The translations under genes and the position numbers were made by a program. A DNA stretch of 64,000 nt, taken from NCBI GenBank assembly GCA_900768465.1, contig CAAGCY010000013.1, positions 187,587-251,586 on the forward strand, read 5' to 3'. The notes beneath the pieces were generated by a model, which ran no database searches, was not told the DNA's origin, and worked only from the letters and a program-made list of their open reading frames with translations. The stretch comes from Alphaproteobacteria bacterium (lineage in GTDB: Bacteria > Pseudomonadota > Alphaproteobacteria > CAAGCB01 > CAG-977). This document shows, one piece after another, positions 46,729 to 57,840 of the stretch (position 1 is the stretch's first letter; each line of letters starts with the position of its first letter).

Positions 46729-48564
46729 TTATCCGTTTTCTTTTTCCAGCTGGGCGCGTTTGTTCGCGTCGCGTTTGCGCAGGTTCGTGTCCAGAATCGC
46801 TTTGCGCAGACGGAACGTTTTGGGGGTGACTTCCAGCAGTTCGTCGTCTTGGATGTAGGCAAGCGCTTCTTCCAAGCTCATTTTAATGGGCGGAATCAGC
46901 TGGATGTTTTCATCTTTCGCGGCGGCGCGGATGTTCGTCAAGTGCTTGGTTTTAATCGGGTTGACTTCGATATCGTTCGACTTGGTGTGTTCGCCGACAA
47001 TCATGCCTTCGTACACGTCCGCGCCCGGATCGATGAACATGGGACCGCGGTCTTCCAGTTTCCACAGCGCGTAAGCGACGGCGACGCCGTTGTCCGTTGA
47101 AACCAGAACGCCCGTGCGGCGGCCGGGAATCGACCCCTTGTACGGTTCGTAGCTGTGGAACATTTTGTTCATCACGCCCGTGCCGCAGGTGTCCGTCAAA
47201 AACTGCGAATGATAGCCGATAAGCGCGCGCGACGGGGCAAGGAACGTCAAGCGGGTTTTGTTGCCGCCCGACGGGCGCATGTCCGTCATTTCCGCGCGGC
47301 GTTCGCCCAAAGTCTGGCAAACCGTGCCGACGTACTGTTCATCAACGTCGATGACGACTTCCTCGATAGGTTCAAGGGTTTTTCCCGAAACGGGGTCTTT
47401 TTGCATTAAAACGTGCGGGCGGCTGATGGACAGCTCGAATCCTTCGCGGCGCATTTGTTCAATCAAAATGCCCAGCTGCAGTTCGCCGCGTCCCGCGACT
47501 TCAAACGCGTCGGTCGACCCCGTGCGCGAAATGCGCAGAGCGACGTTGCCTTCGGCTTCTTTTTGCAAACGGTCCCAGATGACGCGGGACGTTACTTTGT
47601 CGCCCTCTTTGCCCGCCAAAGGCGACGTGTTGATTGAAAACGTCATCGCCAGCGTCGGCGGGTCAATGGGCTGAGCGGGAATCGGCGTCGTGACCGACTG
47701 GTCGCACAAGGTATCCGCCACGGTCGCTTTGGTAAAGCCCGCAATGGAAACGATGTCGCCGGCTTCGGCTTCGTCCAGTCCCGTGCGCTTTAATCCGCGG
47801 AAAGCCAAGATTTTGCTGACGCGCGCGGTTTCGATGACTTTGCCCGAACGGTCAAGGGCTTTGATGCAGGAATTGACCTTGACGGAACCCGAATGGATTT
47901 TGCCCGTCAGAATACGCCCGACGAACGGGTCGTTTTCAATCGTCGTCGCCAACAAGGTAAACGGCGCGTACGGGTCGCATTTGGGGGGCGGCACGAATTT
48001 CATAATCGCGTCGAACAGCGGTTCGATGGACGTGCGGGGGTCTTTGTCCAAATCGTAAACAGCCCAGCCTTCGCGTCCCGAAGCGTACAAGACGGGAAAG
48101 TCCAGCTGTTCGTCCGTCGCGTCCAAAGAAGCAAACAGGTCGAACACTTCTTCGTACACTTCCTGCGGACGGGCGTCGGGACGGTCGACTTTGTTGATTA
48201 AAACAATCGGCTTCAGTCCCAGCTTCAGCGCTTTGCTGACGACGAATTTCGTCTGCGGCAAAGGACCTTCGGCGGCATCGACCAGCACAATCGCCGAATC
48301 CACCATGTCCAAAATGCGTTCGACTTCGCCGCCGAAATCCGCGTGCCCCGGCGTGTCAACGATGTTGATACGCGCGCCTTTCCATTCGATGGACGTGCAT
48401 TTCGCCAAAATCGTAATGCCGCGTTCGCGTTCCAAATCGTTGGAATCCATGGCGCGTTCGGCAACGACCTGATTGTCGCGGAACGTGCCGCTTTGACGCA
48501 GCATGGTATCGACCAGAGTTGTTTTGCCGTGGTCGACGTGGGCAATGATAGCAATATTACGCAT
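46729..48564 (-). CDS. typA: translational GTPase TypA/BipA
   Basis: [19 protein letters not shown] and full BipA similarity. Confidence 0.95.
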   Translation of the reverse strand: MRNIAIIAHVDHGKTTLVDTMLRQSGTFRDNQVVAERAMDSNDLERERGITILAKCTSIEWKGARINIVDTPGHADFGGEVERILDMVDSAIVLVDAAEGPLPQTKFVVSKALKLGLKPIVLINKVDRPDARPQEVYEEVFDLFASLDATDEQLDFPVLYASGREGWAVYDLDKDPRTSIEPLFDAIMKFVPPPKCDPYAPFTLLATTIENDPFVGRILTGKIHSGSVKVNSCIKALDRSGKVIETARVSKILAFRGLKRTGLDEAEAGDIVSIAGFTKATVADTLCDQSVTTPIPAQPIDPPTLAMTFSINTSPLAGKEGDKVTSRVIWDRLQKEAEGNVALRISRTGSTDAFEVAGRGELQLGILIEQMRREGFELSISRPHVLMQKDPVSGKTLEPIEEVVIDVDEQYVGTVCQTLGERRAEMTDMRPSGGNKTRLTFLAPSRALIGYHSQFLTDTCGTGVMNKMFHSYEPYKGSIPGRRTGVLVSTDNGVAVAYALWKLEDRGPMFIDPGADVYEGMIVGEHTKSNDIEVNPIKTKHLTNIRAAAKDENIQLIPPIKMSLEEALAYIQDDELLEVTPKTFRLRKAILDTNLRKRDANKRAQLEKENG

Positions 48565-48672
48565 GGGTGTTTACTTCTTCGTTGAATTCAAACTAAGCGT
48601 TTTTCTATGCAGTTTTGCTTGATTTGTCAACAAATTTCACGGTATTCTGAATAAAAAGCGGAGGAAGACGAT

Positions 48673-49404
48673 ATGAAAAAAGGCTTTGTTTTTTTGGCGG
48701 GATTTTTAATGGCGGGATCGGCGGCGAACGCGCAGATTTCCGATGCGTCGGAAATGATGAGCGATGCGTTTGATTTGCTGGACGTCAACAGCGACGGCGT
48801 TATTTCGTCGAACGAATACAAAGCCTTTGTCGGGGGCATTGATGCGGATGTTTTGCTGGACGATGCGCAAAAACGGAACAAGAAGTCCAGACTGAACGCC
48901 GCGTTTAAAACCTTTGACAAAAACGGGGACGGCAATCTGGAAAAGGACGAGTTTTTACTTTTGATGCAAACGGAAGCGATGCTGTCTGCCAGCGAACGGC
49001 AAAACAAAGTCATGGAGTTCGCGAACAATCCCGACAAGGCGGAGGCCGCGTTGCAGGATTCTTTGAAAAAATTGAACGAAGCGGCCAAAAAGTTGGAAAA
49101 TATGTCTCCCGACGAAATGGCAAACAATTTCCTCAAAGGCATATCGTCCAATATTGCCGACGAAAACTATTTTCAAATGGATAAAAACAAAGACGGTTGC
49201 GTTACCGAAAGCGAATACGCGGCTTATATGGTTGAAGACAGCCGCAGAATGGCAAGCGATCCCTTGCACGCGCTGAACGAAGACGATGCCCGCGCTTTGT
49301 ATCGGGACGAAAAGAAAGCCAAACCGAACTGTCTGACCAAGGACGAATATCTGCGCAACTATGACGAAATGCTGTCCTCAGCCATGAGCGGCGACGCAGG
49401 CTAA
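48673..49404 (+). CDS. periplasmic EF-hand calcium-binding protein
   Basis: Signal peptide plus at least three canonical EF-hand loops (DVNSDGVISSNE, DKNGDGNLEKDE, DKNKDGCVTESE). Confidence 0.7.
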   Translation: MKKGFVFLAGFLMAGSAANAQISDASEMMSDAFDLLDVNSDGVISSNEYKAFVGGIDADVLLDDAQKRNKKSRLNAAFKTFDKNGDGNLEKDEFLLLMQTEAMLSASERQNKVMEFANNPDKAEAALQDSLKKLNEAAKKLENMSPDEMANNFLKGISSNIADENYFQMDKNKDGCVTESEYAAYMVEDSRRMASDPLHALNEDDARALYRDEKKAKPNCLTKDEYLRNYDEMLSSAMSGDAG

Positions 49405-50762
49405 TACCGTCCCGCCATGGCTTTGAAGAGCAGGTTTTCGTATTTAATCAGCTGATATTTTTGCGCCAGCAGATTCTTTCGCGCCGCGTTTTCGTCGGCG
49501 ACGGCTTGCAGAACATCTTTGAAACTTGCCTTGCCCGCTTGATGCCGCGCGCGGTAATATGCGGTGATTTGACGGTTGTTTTCGACCGTTTTTTCGACGT
49601 TGGCGTAAATGTGTTCCGTTTTGCCGTAAGCAAACGAATAATAAGCGACTTCGTTTAATGCCTGCGCCAAAGCGTCCTTGAAGTCAATCAAGGCGATATC
49701 GTAATCGGCTTTGGCGATTTTGACGTTGTTTTTCACGCTGTTCCAATCCAAAAACGGCAGATTGACCGACACGCCGCCCAACAGATACGGAAAATCGAAC
49801 GTCGATTGCGCGCGGCCGGACGACGATCCGATTGCGCCGTTCAGGGAAATCGTCGGATACCAGCTTTTTTCCGAAACTTTCACGGTTTTAAACGCTTTTT
49901 TCAAGCGGTACTGCGCGGCGGTCAAATCGGGACGGTTCGCCAGAACGGATACGGGGACGGACAAATGCGGCGTCAAAAGCGGTTGCCTTAAAATCGAAGC
50001 TTTGCCTAAAACAAAGCCGTCCGACGGTTTCAAATTCAACACGTTGCGCAGGCTTTGCTCCATTTCCTTGTATTGCGTTTGCGCGTTCAGCAGCGCCGTT
50101 TGTTCGGCAATCAGGCTTTGCCGCGCCTGCGTGATTTCCAGCTTGTCGGCTTTGCCCGTGTTGAACCGCGCGCTCGCAATGTCAAGCAGACTGCTGTAAG
50201 TGTCGATGTTTTTTTGCGTCAGCTCAATCGTGTCGCGCAAATAAAGCAGGTTGAAATACAAATCGACAACGCTGTTGACGACGCTCAGCCGCGCGCTTTC
50301 GGCGTCGGCGACGGTGGCGTTCAGCTCGAATTCCTGCGCGTCGCGGGCGTCGGCGATTTTGCCGTACAAGTCGATTTCATAATTCAAAGCAAGCTCGCCC
50401 GAAAACGTTTGCGTCGATTTTTTGCCGTCGTTCAGCTTTTTTTTCGACGACGCGCCCAGACTGCCCGTCAACGTCGGGAACAAATCGGATTCCGACAGGT
50501 TCAAATTCGCCAGCTGTTTTTGAATCTTGACCGCCGCTTTCAGCATATCGGGATTGTTTTTCAAGGCAAAGCTTGTCAAGTAGTTCAGTTCGTCATTGTT
50601 GTACGCTTTCCACCAATCGAGGTCGGCTTGGAATTTTTCGCGGACTTCTTGCGTATAGTTCAGCTCGGCTTCCAAAGACGGAACGGATTTTGTTGTCGCG
50701 GCGCACCCCGACAAAACGGTACTTGCCAACAAAAAAGATAAGAAGGTGTTTCGTTTCATCAT
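49401..50762 (-). CDS. efflux outer-membrane factor lipoprotein (TolC/NodT family)
   Basis: Lipoprotein signal MKRNTFLSFLLASTVLSGC. OMF family repeats. It is the last gene of the macA-macB-OMF operon. The start is taken at the internal Met (50762) to avoid overlap with macB. Confidence 0.8.
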   Translation of the reverse strand: MMKRNTFLSFLLASTVLSGCAATTKSVPSLEAELNYTQEVREKFQADLDWWKAYNNDELNYLTSFALKNNPDMLKAAVKIQKQLANLNLSESDLFPTLTGSLGASSKKKLNDGKKSTQTFSGELALNYEIDLYGKIADARDAQEFELNATVADAESARLSVVNSVVDLYFNLLYLRDTIELTQKNIDTYSSLLDIASARFNTGKADKLEITQARQSLIAEQTALLNAQTQYKEMEQSLRNVLNLKPSDGFVLGKASILRQPLLTPHLSVPVSVLANRPDLTAAQYRLKKAFKTVKVSEKSWYPTISLNGAIGSSSGRAQSTFDFPYLLGGVSVNLPFLDWNSVKNNVKIAKADYDIALIDFKDALAQALNEVAYYSFAYGKTEHIYANVEKTVENNRQITAYYRARHQAGKASFKDVLQAVADENAARKNLLAQKYQLIKYENLLFKAMAGRY

Positions 50763-50763
50763 G

Positions 50764-52704
50764 TCATTCACTCGCCAAAGCATCAATGGGGTTTAAGTTG
50801 GACGCGTTTTTCGCAGGCATATAGCCGAAGATAATTCCGATGGACGACGAACAGACCAAAGCCAGCACAATCGACGCGGTTGAAAACAGCATGCCGAAGT
50901 TCGTCGCAAACGTGTTGACCAGCCAGCCGAGCGTCAGGGAAAACGCGACGCCCAGTCCGCCGCCCAGCACGCAAATCAGCACGGATTCAATCAGGAACTG
51001 CAGTAAAATGTCGTATTGCTTTGCGCCGATTGCCATGCGGATTCCGATTTCGCGCGTGCGTTCCGTGACCGATACCAGCATGATGTTCATCACGCCGATG
51101 CCGCCGACAATCAGCGAAATGACCGCGATGCAGGCAATCAGCAGCTTCATTGTTCCCGTCGTGCTTTCAATCGTTTGCTTGATGCTGTCCGTGTTAATCA
51201 TAAAGAAGTCTTTTTTGCCGTGCCGCGCGGTCAAAATCGCTTCGATGCTGTCTTCGGCGACTTGGGATTTAACCGAATCGCTGACGCGCACGGTAATCGA
51301 ATTGATGTCTTTGCCGCCCGTGATTTTGTACATTGCGGTCGTGTAAGGCACCCACAGATTCATGCTTTCCGACATCGGACCGGGGGAGTTGTCTTTTTCC
51401 GTCATGCCGATGATTTTCAAGGGCTTTTTGTTGAAAATCAAAATCTCGCCCACGGGATTGGGGTTGTTCGCGAACAGTTCTTTGCGCGTGTTGTCGTCGA
51501 TAACGACGACGGAATCGGCTTGGGAAACTTCTTCGGGGCTGAAAATGCGCCCGACGGTCAGATTTTTGCCTTTGACCGAGAAATAAGCGCGGTCAACCCC
51601 GCGCAAACTGGCGGTGACAGAGTTGTTTTTGTAAACCAAAGTCCCGCTGGTCGACACGTTCGGGCTGGCGTTGTCGATGAACGCCTGACGCGCCAAAAAC
51701 TCGGAATCGCTGATTTTCAACGTTTTGATTTTTCCCGAATGACGGTCGCCGAAGCCTTTGCCGGGCAAAATGTCAATCGTGTTCGTTCCCATGGAGCTGA
51801 TTTGCTTCATGATTTTGGCTTGGGACGCGTTGCCCAAAGCGACGACCGACACGACCGAAGCGATGCCGATGATAATGCCCAGCATGGTCAGCAAAGACCG
51901 CATTTTGTTCGCCAAAATCGAATGAACGGACATCGAAAACGATTCCGAAAAGCTGTAGCGCAATTCCGCCAGACGGGAACGCTTGACGTTTTTGACGGGA
52001 TTTTGCAGGGGGAAAAATTCATTGGCTTTGCGCGTGTCGGAAATGATGCGTCCGTCCTTGATTTCGATGATGCGGTCGGCTTGGGCGGCGATGTGCGCGT
52101 CGTGCGTGACCATGACAATCGTGTGTCCCTGACGGTGCAGGGATTTGATGATTTCCATGACGGTTTCGCCGCTTTTGGAATCCAGCGCGCCCGTCGGTTC
52201 GTCGGCAAGGATAATCTCGCCCCCGTTCATCAAAGCGCGCGCGATGCTGACGCGCTGCTGCTGCCCGCCGGAAAGCTGGCTCGGCTTGTTTTTCAGCCGT
52301 TCGCTCAGGTCAAGCTCTTTCAGCAAAGATTCGGCGCGCGCGGTGCGGTCGGCTTTGCCGATGCCCGAATAGACGGCGGGCAGAGCCGCGTTTTCAACCG
52401 CGTTCAAATTCGACAGCAGGTTGTAACGCTGAAAGATGAAGCCGAACGTCTTGCACCGCAAAGCCGCCTGTTCGTCTTTGGTCATTTTGGCGACCTCGAC
52501 ACCGTTGATTTTATACGATCCCGCCGTCGGCACGTCCAGACAGCCGATGATGTTCATCAGCGTCGATTTGCCCGATCCCGATTGTCCGATAATCGCGACG
52601 AAATCGCCCTTTTCAATGGTGAAATCAACGTCTTTCAAAACGTGGGTTCTGTTATCGCCCGCGCCGAAAAACTTGTTGATTTTCGACAGTTCGATGATGT
52701 TCAT
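50764..52704 (-). CDS. macB: macrolide/peptide export ABC transporter ATP-binding/permease protein MacB
   Basis: N-terminal ABC ATPase ([27 protein letters not shown]) fused to a C-terminal FtsX-type permease. Confidence 0.9.
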   Translation of the reverse strand: MNIIELSKINKFFGAGDNRTHVLKDVDFTIEKGDFVAIIGQSGSGKSTLMNIIGCLDVPTAGSYKINGVEVAKMTKDEQAALRCKTFGFIFQRYNLLSNLNAVENAALPAVYSGIGKADRTARAESLLKELDLSERLKNKPSQLSGGQQQRVSIARALMNGGEIILADEPTGALDSKSGETVMEIIKSLHRQGHTIVMVTHDAHIAAQADRIIEIKDGRIISDTRKANEFFPLQNPVKNVKRSRLAELRYSFSESFSMSVHSILANKMRSLLTMLGIIIGIASVVSVVALGNASQAKIMKQISSMGTNTIDILPGKGFGDRHSGKIKTLKISDSEFLARQAFIDNASPNVSTSGTLVYKNNSVTASLRGVDRAYFSVKGKNLTVGRIFSPEEVSQADSVVVIDDNTRKELFANNPNPVGEILIFNKKPLKIIGMTEKDNSPGPMSESMNLWVPYTTAMYKITGGKDINSITVRVSDSVKSQVAEDSIEAILTARHGKKDFFMINTDSIKQTIESTTGTMKLLIACIAVISLIVGGIGVMNIMLVSVTERTREIGIRMAIGAKQYDILLQFLIESVLICVLGGGLGVAFSLTLGWLVNTFATNFGMLFSTASIVLALVCSSSIGIIFGYMPAKNASNLNPIDALASE

Positions 52705-53876
52705 CAGAAGCCTCCCGGACGTTTGAATTTGTCTTTCTTTTTGGTGACTTCGGATTCGGACATTTGCGCGATGACCACGGTGTCATGATCGGATATGCCC
52801 GATTTGATTTCGATGTCAACGCCGTCCGACAATCCCGTTATAACCGCGTGCCGTTGAATGCCCGTCGGAGTCAGAACGTTGACATAACTTTGCGCGCCGT
52901 CTTTTTTGACCGCCAGAACGGGAACCGTCAAAACATTGTCGGCTTGCGCAACGTAAATCACGTTTTGGGTCGTCATGCCGATTCTTAAAGCGCCGTCGGG
53001 ATTGTCGACGACCAGCCGTCCGTAGTAGTAAATCGCTTCGTCGGAACCGACGACTTCGGTGTATTCGCCGTTGGTCAGCAAAGTCAGCCCCGGATCAATG
53101 GATTTCAAAGTCGTTTCGTAAACGGTTTCGGGCGCGCTTAAAACGGTGTAAGTGACTTTCGCCCCCGTTTGAACTTTGCCGATGTCGCCTTCGGAGATTT
53201 CAATCAGAATTTCCATTTGCGACAGATCCGCGATTTGAACGATGGTCGGCGTGTTCATTGCGGCGTTGACGGTTTGCCCCGTTTTGACGGGAACGGAAAC
53301 GACGACGCCGTCCAAAGGCGCGGTGATTTTCGTGTATCCCAAGTTCGTTTCCGCCGTGTTCAAAGCCAGCGCGGTTTCGGCAATCGACGCTTTCAGTTCG
53401 GTGACTTTGGCTTTGGCGGCTTCAAAAGCGTCCTTGGCGTTTTCAAAGTCTTCTTGCGACGCGGCGTTCTTTTTCAGCAAACGTTGTTCGCGGATGAATT
53501 GCTTTTCGGCGATTTTGGCGGAAATTTCGGCGGCGTTCAACTGCGCTTTCAAACTGGTCAGCTTGGCTTTGGTGCTGTTGACGTCGTTTTCCTGCGTCGT
53601 CGAATCGATTTGGGCGATAAGGTCGCCTTTTTGAATCCGTTGCCCGACTTTGACGGGCAGATATTCGATTTTTCCCGACGTTTGCGCGCCGACGGTGACC
53701 AGCTCAATGGCTTTGACTTCGCCCGTGGCGTTGACCGTTTTTTCGATGTTTTTGCGGATAACGGGTTCCGTGATGTAGGAAACGGGTTCATCTTTGAACC
53801 AAGCCTTGCACCCGAACAGGGCGGCAAGAGCGACCAAAGCGAACAAAAAGACGTTTTTTTTCGATAAATGCAACAT
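52704..53876 (-). CDS. macA: MacA-type periplasmic adaptor (HlyD/RND membrane-fusion family)
   Basis: N-terminal anchor, coiled-coil hairpin and lipoyl/beta-barrel domains. Immediately upstream of macB. Confidence 0.85.
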   Translation of the reverse strand: MLHLSKKNVFLFALVALAALFGCKAWFKDEPVSYITEPVIRKNIEKTVNATGEVKAIELVTVGAQTSGKIEYLPVKVGQRIQKGDLIAQIDSTTQENDVNSTKAKLTSLKAQLNAAEISAKIAEKQFIREQRLLKKNAASQEDFENAKDAFEAAKAKVTELKASIAETALALNTAETNLGYTKITAPLDGVVVSVPVKTGQTVNAAMNTPTIVQIADLSQMEILIEISEGDIGKVQTGAKVTYTVLSAPETVYETTLKSIDPGLTLLTNGEYTEVVGSDEAIYYYGRLVVDNPDGALRIGMTTQNVIYVAQADNVLTVPVLAVKKDGAQSYVNVLTPTGIQRHAVITGLSDGVDIEIKSGISDHDTVVIAQMSESEVTKKKDKFKRPGGF

Positions 53877-53958
53877 GTTTCGTACTCGACCAAAATCGTT
53901 AAAACCAAATGTTTAACGATTCAACGGTTCGAATACTTACGTTTTGCCGAAAAATTTT

Positions 53959-54072
53959 TTACGGCTTGATTTTTTCCGCGATTAAATCACACAAAGGCGT
54001 TTCGGGACGCGCGCCGTAATGGGAAATGATTTCCGCGGCGAACAAATCACCCGCGCCCGCCGTGTCGACCGG
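53959..54072 (-). pseudogene. decayed duplicate of the 3' end of pfkB (gene remnant)
   Basis: The minus-strand frame VDTAGAGDLFAAEIISHYGARPE... corresponds to VVDTTGAGDLFAAGFLTGYAADRPISECLQMGALAAAEIISHYGARPE of the intact pfkB at 54752-54945, with an internal deletion. The matching DNA (cgccgtaatgggaaatgatttccgc and ggcgaacaaatcNcccgcgcccg) is present at both sites. Confidence 0.45.
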
Positions 54073-54158
54073 TGTCGTTTTTCCGTTGTTTTTTTATGGA
54101 TTCTCTGGTTTTTCGGGTGTATCTTGCAAAAATCGAAACAGCGGAAAGGAAATTGTTT

Positions 54159-54701
54159 ATGAATTATCTTGCGGCTTTTGTATTAACGATTTTTGCTTTT
54201 CCCTGTTTGGCGGCGACTCTGACGGAGCAGTTTTCTTTAATGGATATTAACAAGGACGGCTATCTGTCCGAAAGCGAGTTCATTACGGGTATGCAAAAAA
54301 CGTCCGCGAACGAACAGCCCGCCGCGAAGCCAGTGTCGGCGGCGTCGGGACGCGTAATTTCCGATAAGAAAAAAATCGTTGACGACATCATCGCGCAGAC
54401 AAAACCGATACTGCCGTATCAGGTGGAAAACGGCGTGACGTGGACGGACGTCTACGCCGAAAACGATAATGTTCATTATGCGTACCGTCTGGATATGGAT
54501 TTAAGCGCGCTGCCGGATGATGCAGTCGGCAAATTGAAAAACATGATGGAACAGGAAGCTTGTGCGCAAGTAGTCGAGAAAATGTGTCCCGTCGTGAAAA
54601 ACATTTTGCTGGTCAAAGGGATTGATCTGATCGCGCATTACAACGACGCCGGCGGGCAGGAAATTCTGAACTGCCGCCTGACGATGAACGATTGTCTGTA
54701 A
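54159..54701 (+). CDS. periplasmic hypothetical protein with one EF-hand loop
   Basis: Signal peptide MNYLAAFVLTIFAFPCLAA. EF-hand loop DINKDGYLSESE. AAAGGA RBS. It sits between the pfkB remnant and the intact pfkB. Confidence 0.5.
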   Translation: MNYLAAFVLTIFAFPCLAATLTEQFSLMDINKDGYLSESEFITGMQKTSANEQPAAKPVSAASGRVISDKKKIVDDIIAQTKPILPYQVENGVTWTDVYAENDNVHYAYRLDMDLSALPDDAVGKLKNMMEQEACAQVVEKMCPVVKNILLVKGIDLIAHYNDAGGQEILNCRLTMNDCL

Positions 54702-54751
54702 AAAACGTTTAAAACAAACGCCGCGGAATGAAAACCGCGGCGTTTTCGTTG

Positions 54752-55758
54752 CTACGAAGCGTTGCTCAGCTTTCGGGACACCAAATCCGTCAGCGATTGT
54801 TCCGGTCTGGCGCCGTAATGGGAAATGATTTCCGCAGCGGCAAGCGCCCCCATTTGCAGACATTCGGAAATCGGACGATCGGCGGCGTAACCCGTCAAAA
54901 ATCCGGCGGCGAACAAATCGCCCGCGCCCGTCGTGTCAACCACGCGGTTAATCGGTTCGGCGGGGATTTCGTAGCGTTCGTTGCCTTTAATCGCGACCGC
55001 GCCCTTTGCGCCGCGCGTTACAACGACGATTTCACACAAAGTCCGGCATTTTTCAAACGCTTCTTCGGGATCGTGCGTATCGAACAGGGATTGGATTTCG
55101 TCTTCGTTGCAAAAAACAATGTCCACGCCGCTTTTAATCAGTTCCAAAAAGCTGTCGCGGTGGCGGTTGACGCAGTACGGATCGGACAAGGACAAAGAAA
55201 CTTTGCGGTTGTGCTTGCGCGCCAGTTCGACGGCGAACGAAAGCGCGTCTTTGGCTTCGTCGCGATCCCACAAATAGCCTTCCATATAAACGATTTTGGT
55301 TTGACGGATAAGCTCTTCGTCAATGTCTTTGCGGGACAGCTTTGCGCACGCGCCCAGATAAGTGTTCATCGTTCTTTGGGCGTCGGGGCTGACAATCACC
55401 ATGCACCGCGCGGTCGGTTTTTCGTTTTTCAGACACGGAGTCGTAAAGTGAACGCCTGATTCGGTAATGTCTTTGCGGAACACGTCGCCCAGTTTGTCAG
55501 CGGCGACTTTGCCGATAAAAGCGGGCTTGCCCCCCATGGCGGCGATTCCGACGGCGGTGTTTGCCGCCGATCCGCCAGAACATTCGACGCTGGTGTCGGG
55601 TAAATGACCGTAGAGCTGCTCGGCTTTCTGCGCGTCGATTAAAGTCATCACCCCTTTGGGCATATTGTGCTTTTTCAAAAAATCGTCGTCCATGTTGGCA
55701 AGGACGTCGACGATTGCGTTTCCGATTGCGACGACATCGAAACGTGACAAAGCGTTCA
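54752..55758 (-). CDS. PfkB-family carbohydrate/nucleoside kinase (adenosine kinase-like)
   Basis: N-terminal FDVVAIGNAIVD and the C-terminal DTTGAGDLFAAGFL motif of the ribokinase superfamily. The start is at MNALSRF; the 55879 start of the tracked ORF is rejected. Confidence 0.8.
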
Positions 55759-55870
55759 TAATAAAACAAAACCTCCGTTGGGATTGATTACCCGTGCAGT
55801 ATAAAGGAACTTTGTTTTCAAGCAAGACTCTGTTATAAAAAAATAAAACTTTTTTCCAAGGGGGACGAAA

Positions 55871-56539
55871 ATGATTCACAGTTTTTTAGCCGCGTTCAGC
55901 GATGTTTTTTCAAAGAAAATCAGAGGCTTGCTTGTTTTATCGCTGATTTCCGCAACGATTTTGTTGTTGGGATTGTTTTTCGGACTGACGGCGGTTTTTA
56001 CGCATTTTGTTTCGTTCGACAGCGTTTGGCTGACAAAAACGGTCAATGTTTTGGGGGGAATCGGATTTTTTATTTTGGCGTTGATGTTTTTTCCCGCGGC
56101 GGCGACTTTTGCGGCGGGCTTTTTCATCGATTGGGGCGTTGACAAGCTGTCTCAAGGGCGCAAATTACGCGATGTCAAGCTGGCGGACAGCGTCAAAATG
56201 TCGTCGATTGTCGCTTTGCAAGGCGCGGGGGCGACGGCGTTGATTACGCCGATAAGCGTGTTGCTGGGCTGGATTCCGCTGTTGAATCTGCTGCCCGTTG
56301 CTTTGTATTACTGGGTGAACGGGCGGATTTTGGCGCGCGAGTATTTCTTTTCGGTCGCTTTGCGGACGAATGATTACGCGTCGGCGGAAAAACTGTTTGA
56401 ACAAAAGTTGCCTTACTGGCGCAAAGCGGGTATACTTATCGCCGTTTTGATGACGATTCCCGTCGTCAATATGATTAGCCCTTTGGTGGCGGTCGCTTTT
56501 ATGCGGCGATTGGTCGCGAAACAAGAGGATACTCAATGA
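55871..56539 (+). CDS. CysZ/EI24-family membrane protein
   Basis: Four hydrophobic segments with EI24/CysZ-like organisation. AAGGGGGA RBS. Confidence 0.55.
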   Translation: MIHSFLAAFSDVFSKKIRGLLVLSLISATILLLGLFFGLTAVFTHFVSFDSVWLTKTVNVLGGIGFFILALMFFPAAATFAAGFFIDWGVDKLSQGRKLRDVKLADSVKMSSIVALQGAGATALITPISVLLGWIPLLNLLPVALYYWVNGRILAREYFFSVALRTNDYASAEKLFEQKLPYWRKAGILIAVLMTIPVVNMISPLVAVAFMRRLVAKQEDTQ

Positions 56540-56904
56540 AACGGCTTGTTTTCTTATCGTTTTTGGTGCTGTGCGGATGCCAATCCACATCGACGGAATT
56601 GCCCGTTGTCGAAAAAACTCCCGTTGCGGAGGCGGAAAGCGGTACGCCGCTCAAGGTTGCCGAGTCGCACCGCGAAAACCCGATATTAAAAGCGGACTAT
56701 GTCGAATCCGTTTTGGGCGCGCCGACGGTCAAGCGGATGGAATCGCCTTCGCAAGTCTGGGTGTACGCGCAAAACAGCTGTGTGTTGTTCGTGTATATGA
56801 ATCAGGATAACGAAGTCAAGCATATGGAAATCGGCACGCCGAACTACGGAAGCACCGAAAAATCGTCGATGGATTGCTTGCAAACGGCGGCGAAGCTCAG
56901 ATGA
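56536..56904 (+). CDS. hypothetical lipoprotein
   Basis: Lipobox in MKRLVFLSFLVLCGC. ATGA overlaps with both neighbours. Confidence 0.5.
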   Translation: MKRLVFLSFLVLCGCQSTSTELPVVEKTPVAEAESGTPLKVAESHRENPILKADYVESVLGAPTVKRMESPSQVWVYAQNSCVLFVYMNQDNEVKHMEIGTPNYGSTEKSSMDCLQTAAKLR

Positions 56905-57431
56905 TAACGACGGTTGATTTTCAAATTACGGATTGGGTGCAAACCGTTTTCAGGAACTCTGTTACGGACGCCGTCATGCCCGTGATTACGGTGCTGGGCG
57001 ATAACGGCTACGTCTGGCTGGGGCTGAGCGCCGTGCTGATGGCGTTCAAACAAACGCGCAAGACGGGATTTTTGATTTTCGGCGCGATTTTCATCGGCGC
57101 GATTATATGCAATTTGACATTGAAGCCGTTTGTCGAACGCTTGCGTCCGTGCGCCGTCCGTCCCGATTTGGCGATTTTGGCGGCGTGCGAAACGGGATTT
57201 TCGTTCCCGTCGGGGCATACGACCGCTTCCTTTGCCGCGGCGGGCGTGCTGATGCTGACGCGTGCGCGGTTCGCTTGGGCGGGCGTGATTTTGGCGTGCC
57301 TTATCGCTTTTTCACGGATTTATATGGGCTTCCATTTCTTTACCGACATCATGGGCGGCATGGTCGCCGGTACCCTCGCGGCATTTATCGCGGTTGAAGC
57401 GGAAAAGAGAATTAAAAAAGCCGACGGTTAA
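56901..57431 (+). CDS. PAP2-family phosphatase (undecaprenyl-diphosphate/phosphatidylglycerophosphate phosphatase-like)
   Basis: PAP2 motifs KPFVERLRP, PSGH and SRIYMGFHFFTD. Start at ATG 56901. Confidence 0.75.
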   Translation: MITTVDFQITDWVQTVFRNSVTDAVMPVITVLGDNGYVWLGLSAVLMAFKQTRKTGFLIFGAIFIGAIICNLTLKPFVERLRPCAVRPDLAILAACETGFSFPSGHTTASFAAAGVLMLTRARFAWAGVILACLIAFSRIYMGFHFFTDIMGGMVAGTLAAFIAVEAEKRIKKADG

Positions 57432-57448
57432 GTCGGCTTTTTGGTTTC

Positions 57449-57766
57449 TTACGCCATTTGGCTGTTGACCCATTCGGCAAGCTTGGATTTCGTCATGGCG
57501 CCGGAATGGGTGGCGACGGCTTGACCGTCTTTGAACATAATCAGGGTCGGGATGCCGCGCACGCCGAAATTCGTCGGCGTTTCGGGCGAATCGTCAATGT
57601 TCATTTTGACGACTTTCAGTTTGTCGCCCAATTCTTTGGAAACTTCTTCCAAAACGGGGCTGAGCTGGCGGCACGGCGAACACCATTCCGCGTAAAAGTC
57701 CACCAATACGGGAACGGCGGAGTTCTTGATTTCCGTTTCAAATTCGTTGTCATTGATGATTTTCAT
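57449..57766 (-). CDS. trxA: thioredoxin
   Basis: 105 aa with a WCSPC active site, a variant of WCGPC. It lies downstream of addA, as in alphaproteobacteria. Confidence 0.85.
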   Translation of the reverse strand: MKIINDNEFETEIKNSAVPVLVDFYAEWCSPCRQLSPVLEEVSKELGDKLKVVKMNIDDSPETPTNFGVRGIPTLIMFKDGQAVATHSGAMTKSKLAEWVNSQMA

Positions 57767-57840
57767 CGTTTTTGCCCTTTCTGTTTTTTTGATGCGTTAT
57801 TTATAAGTGCCTTTTTTCCGCGGGTCAATAGTCCGATGCG

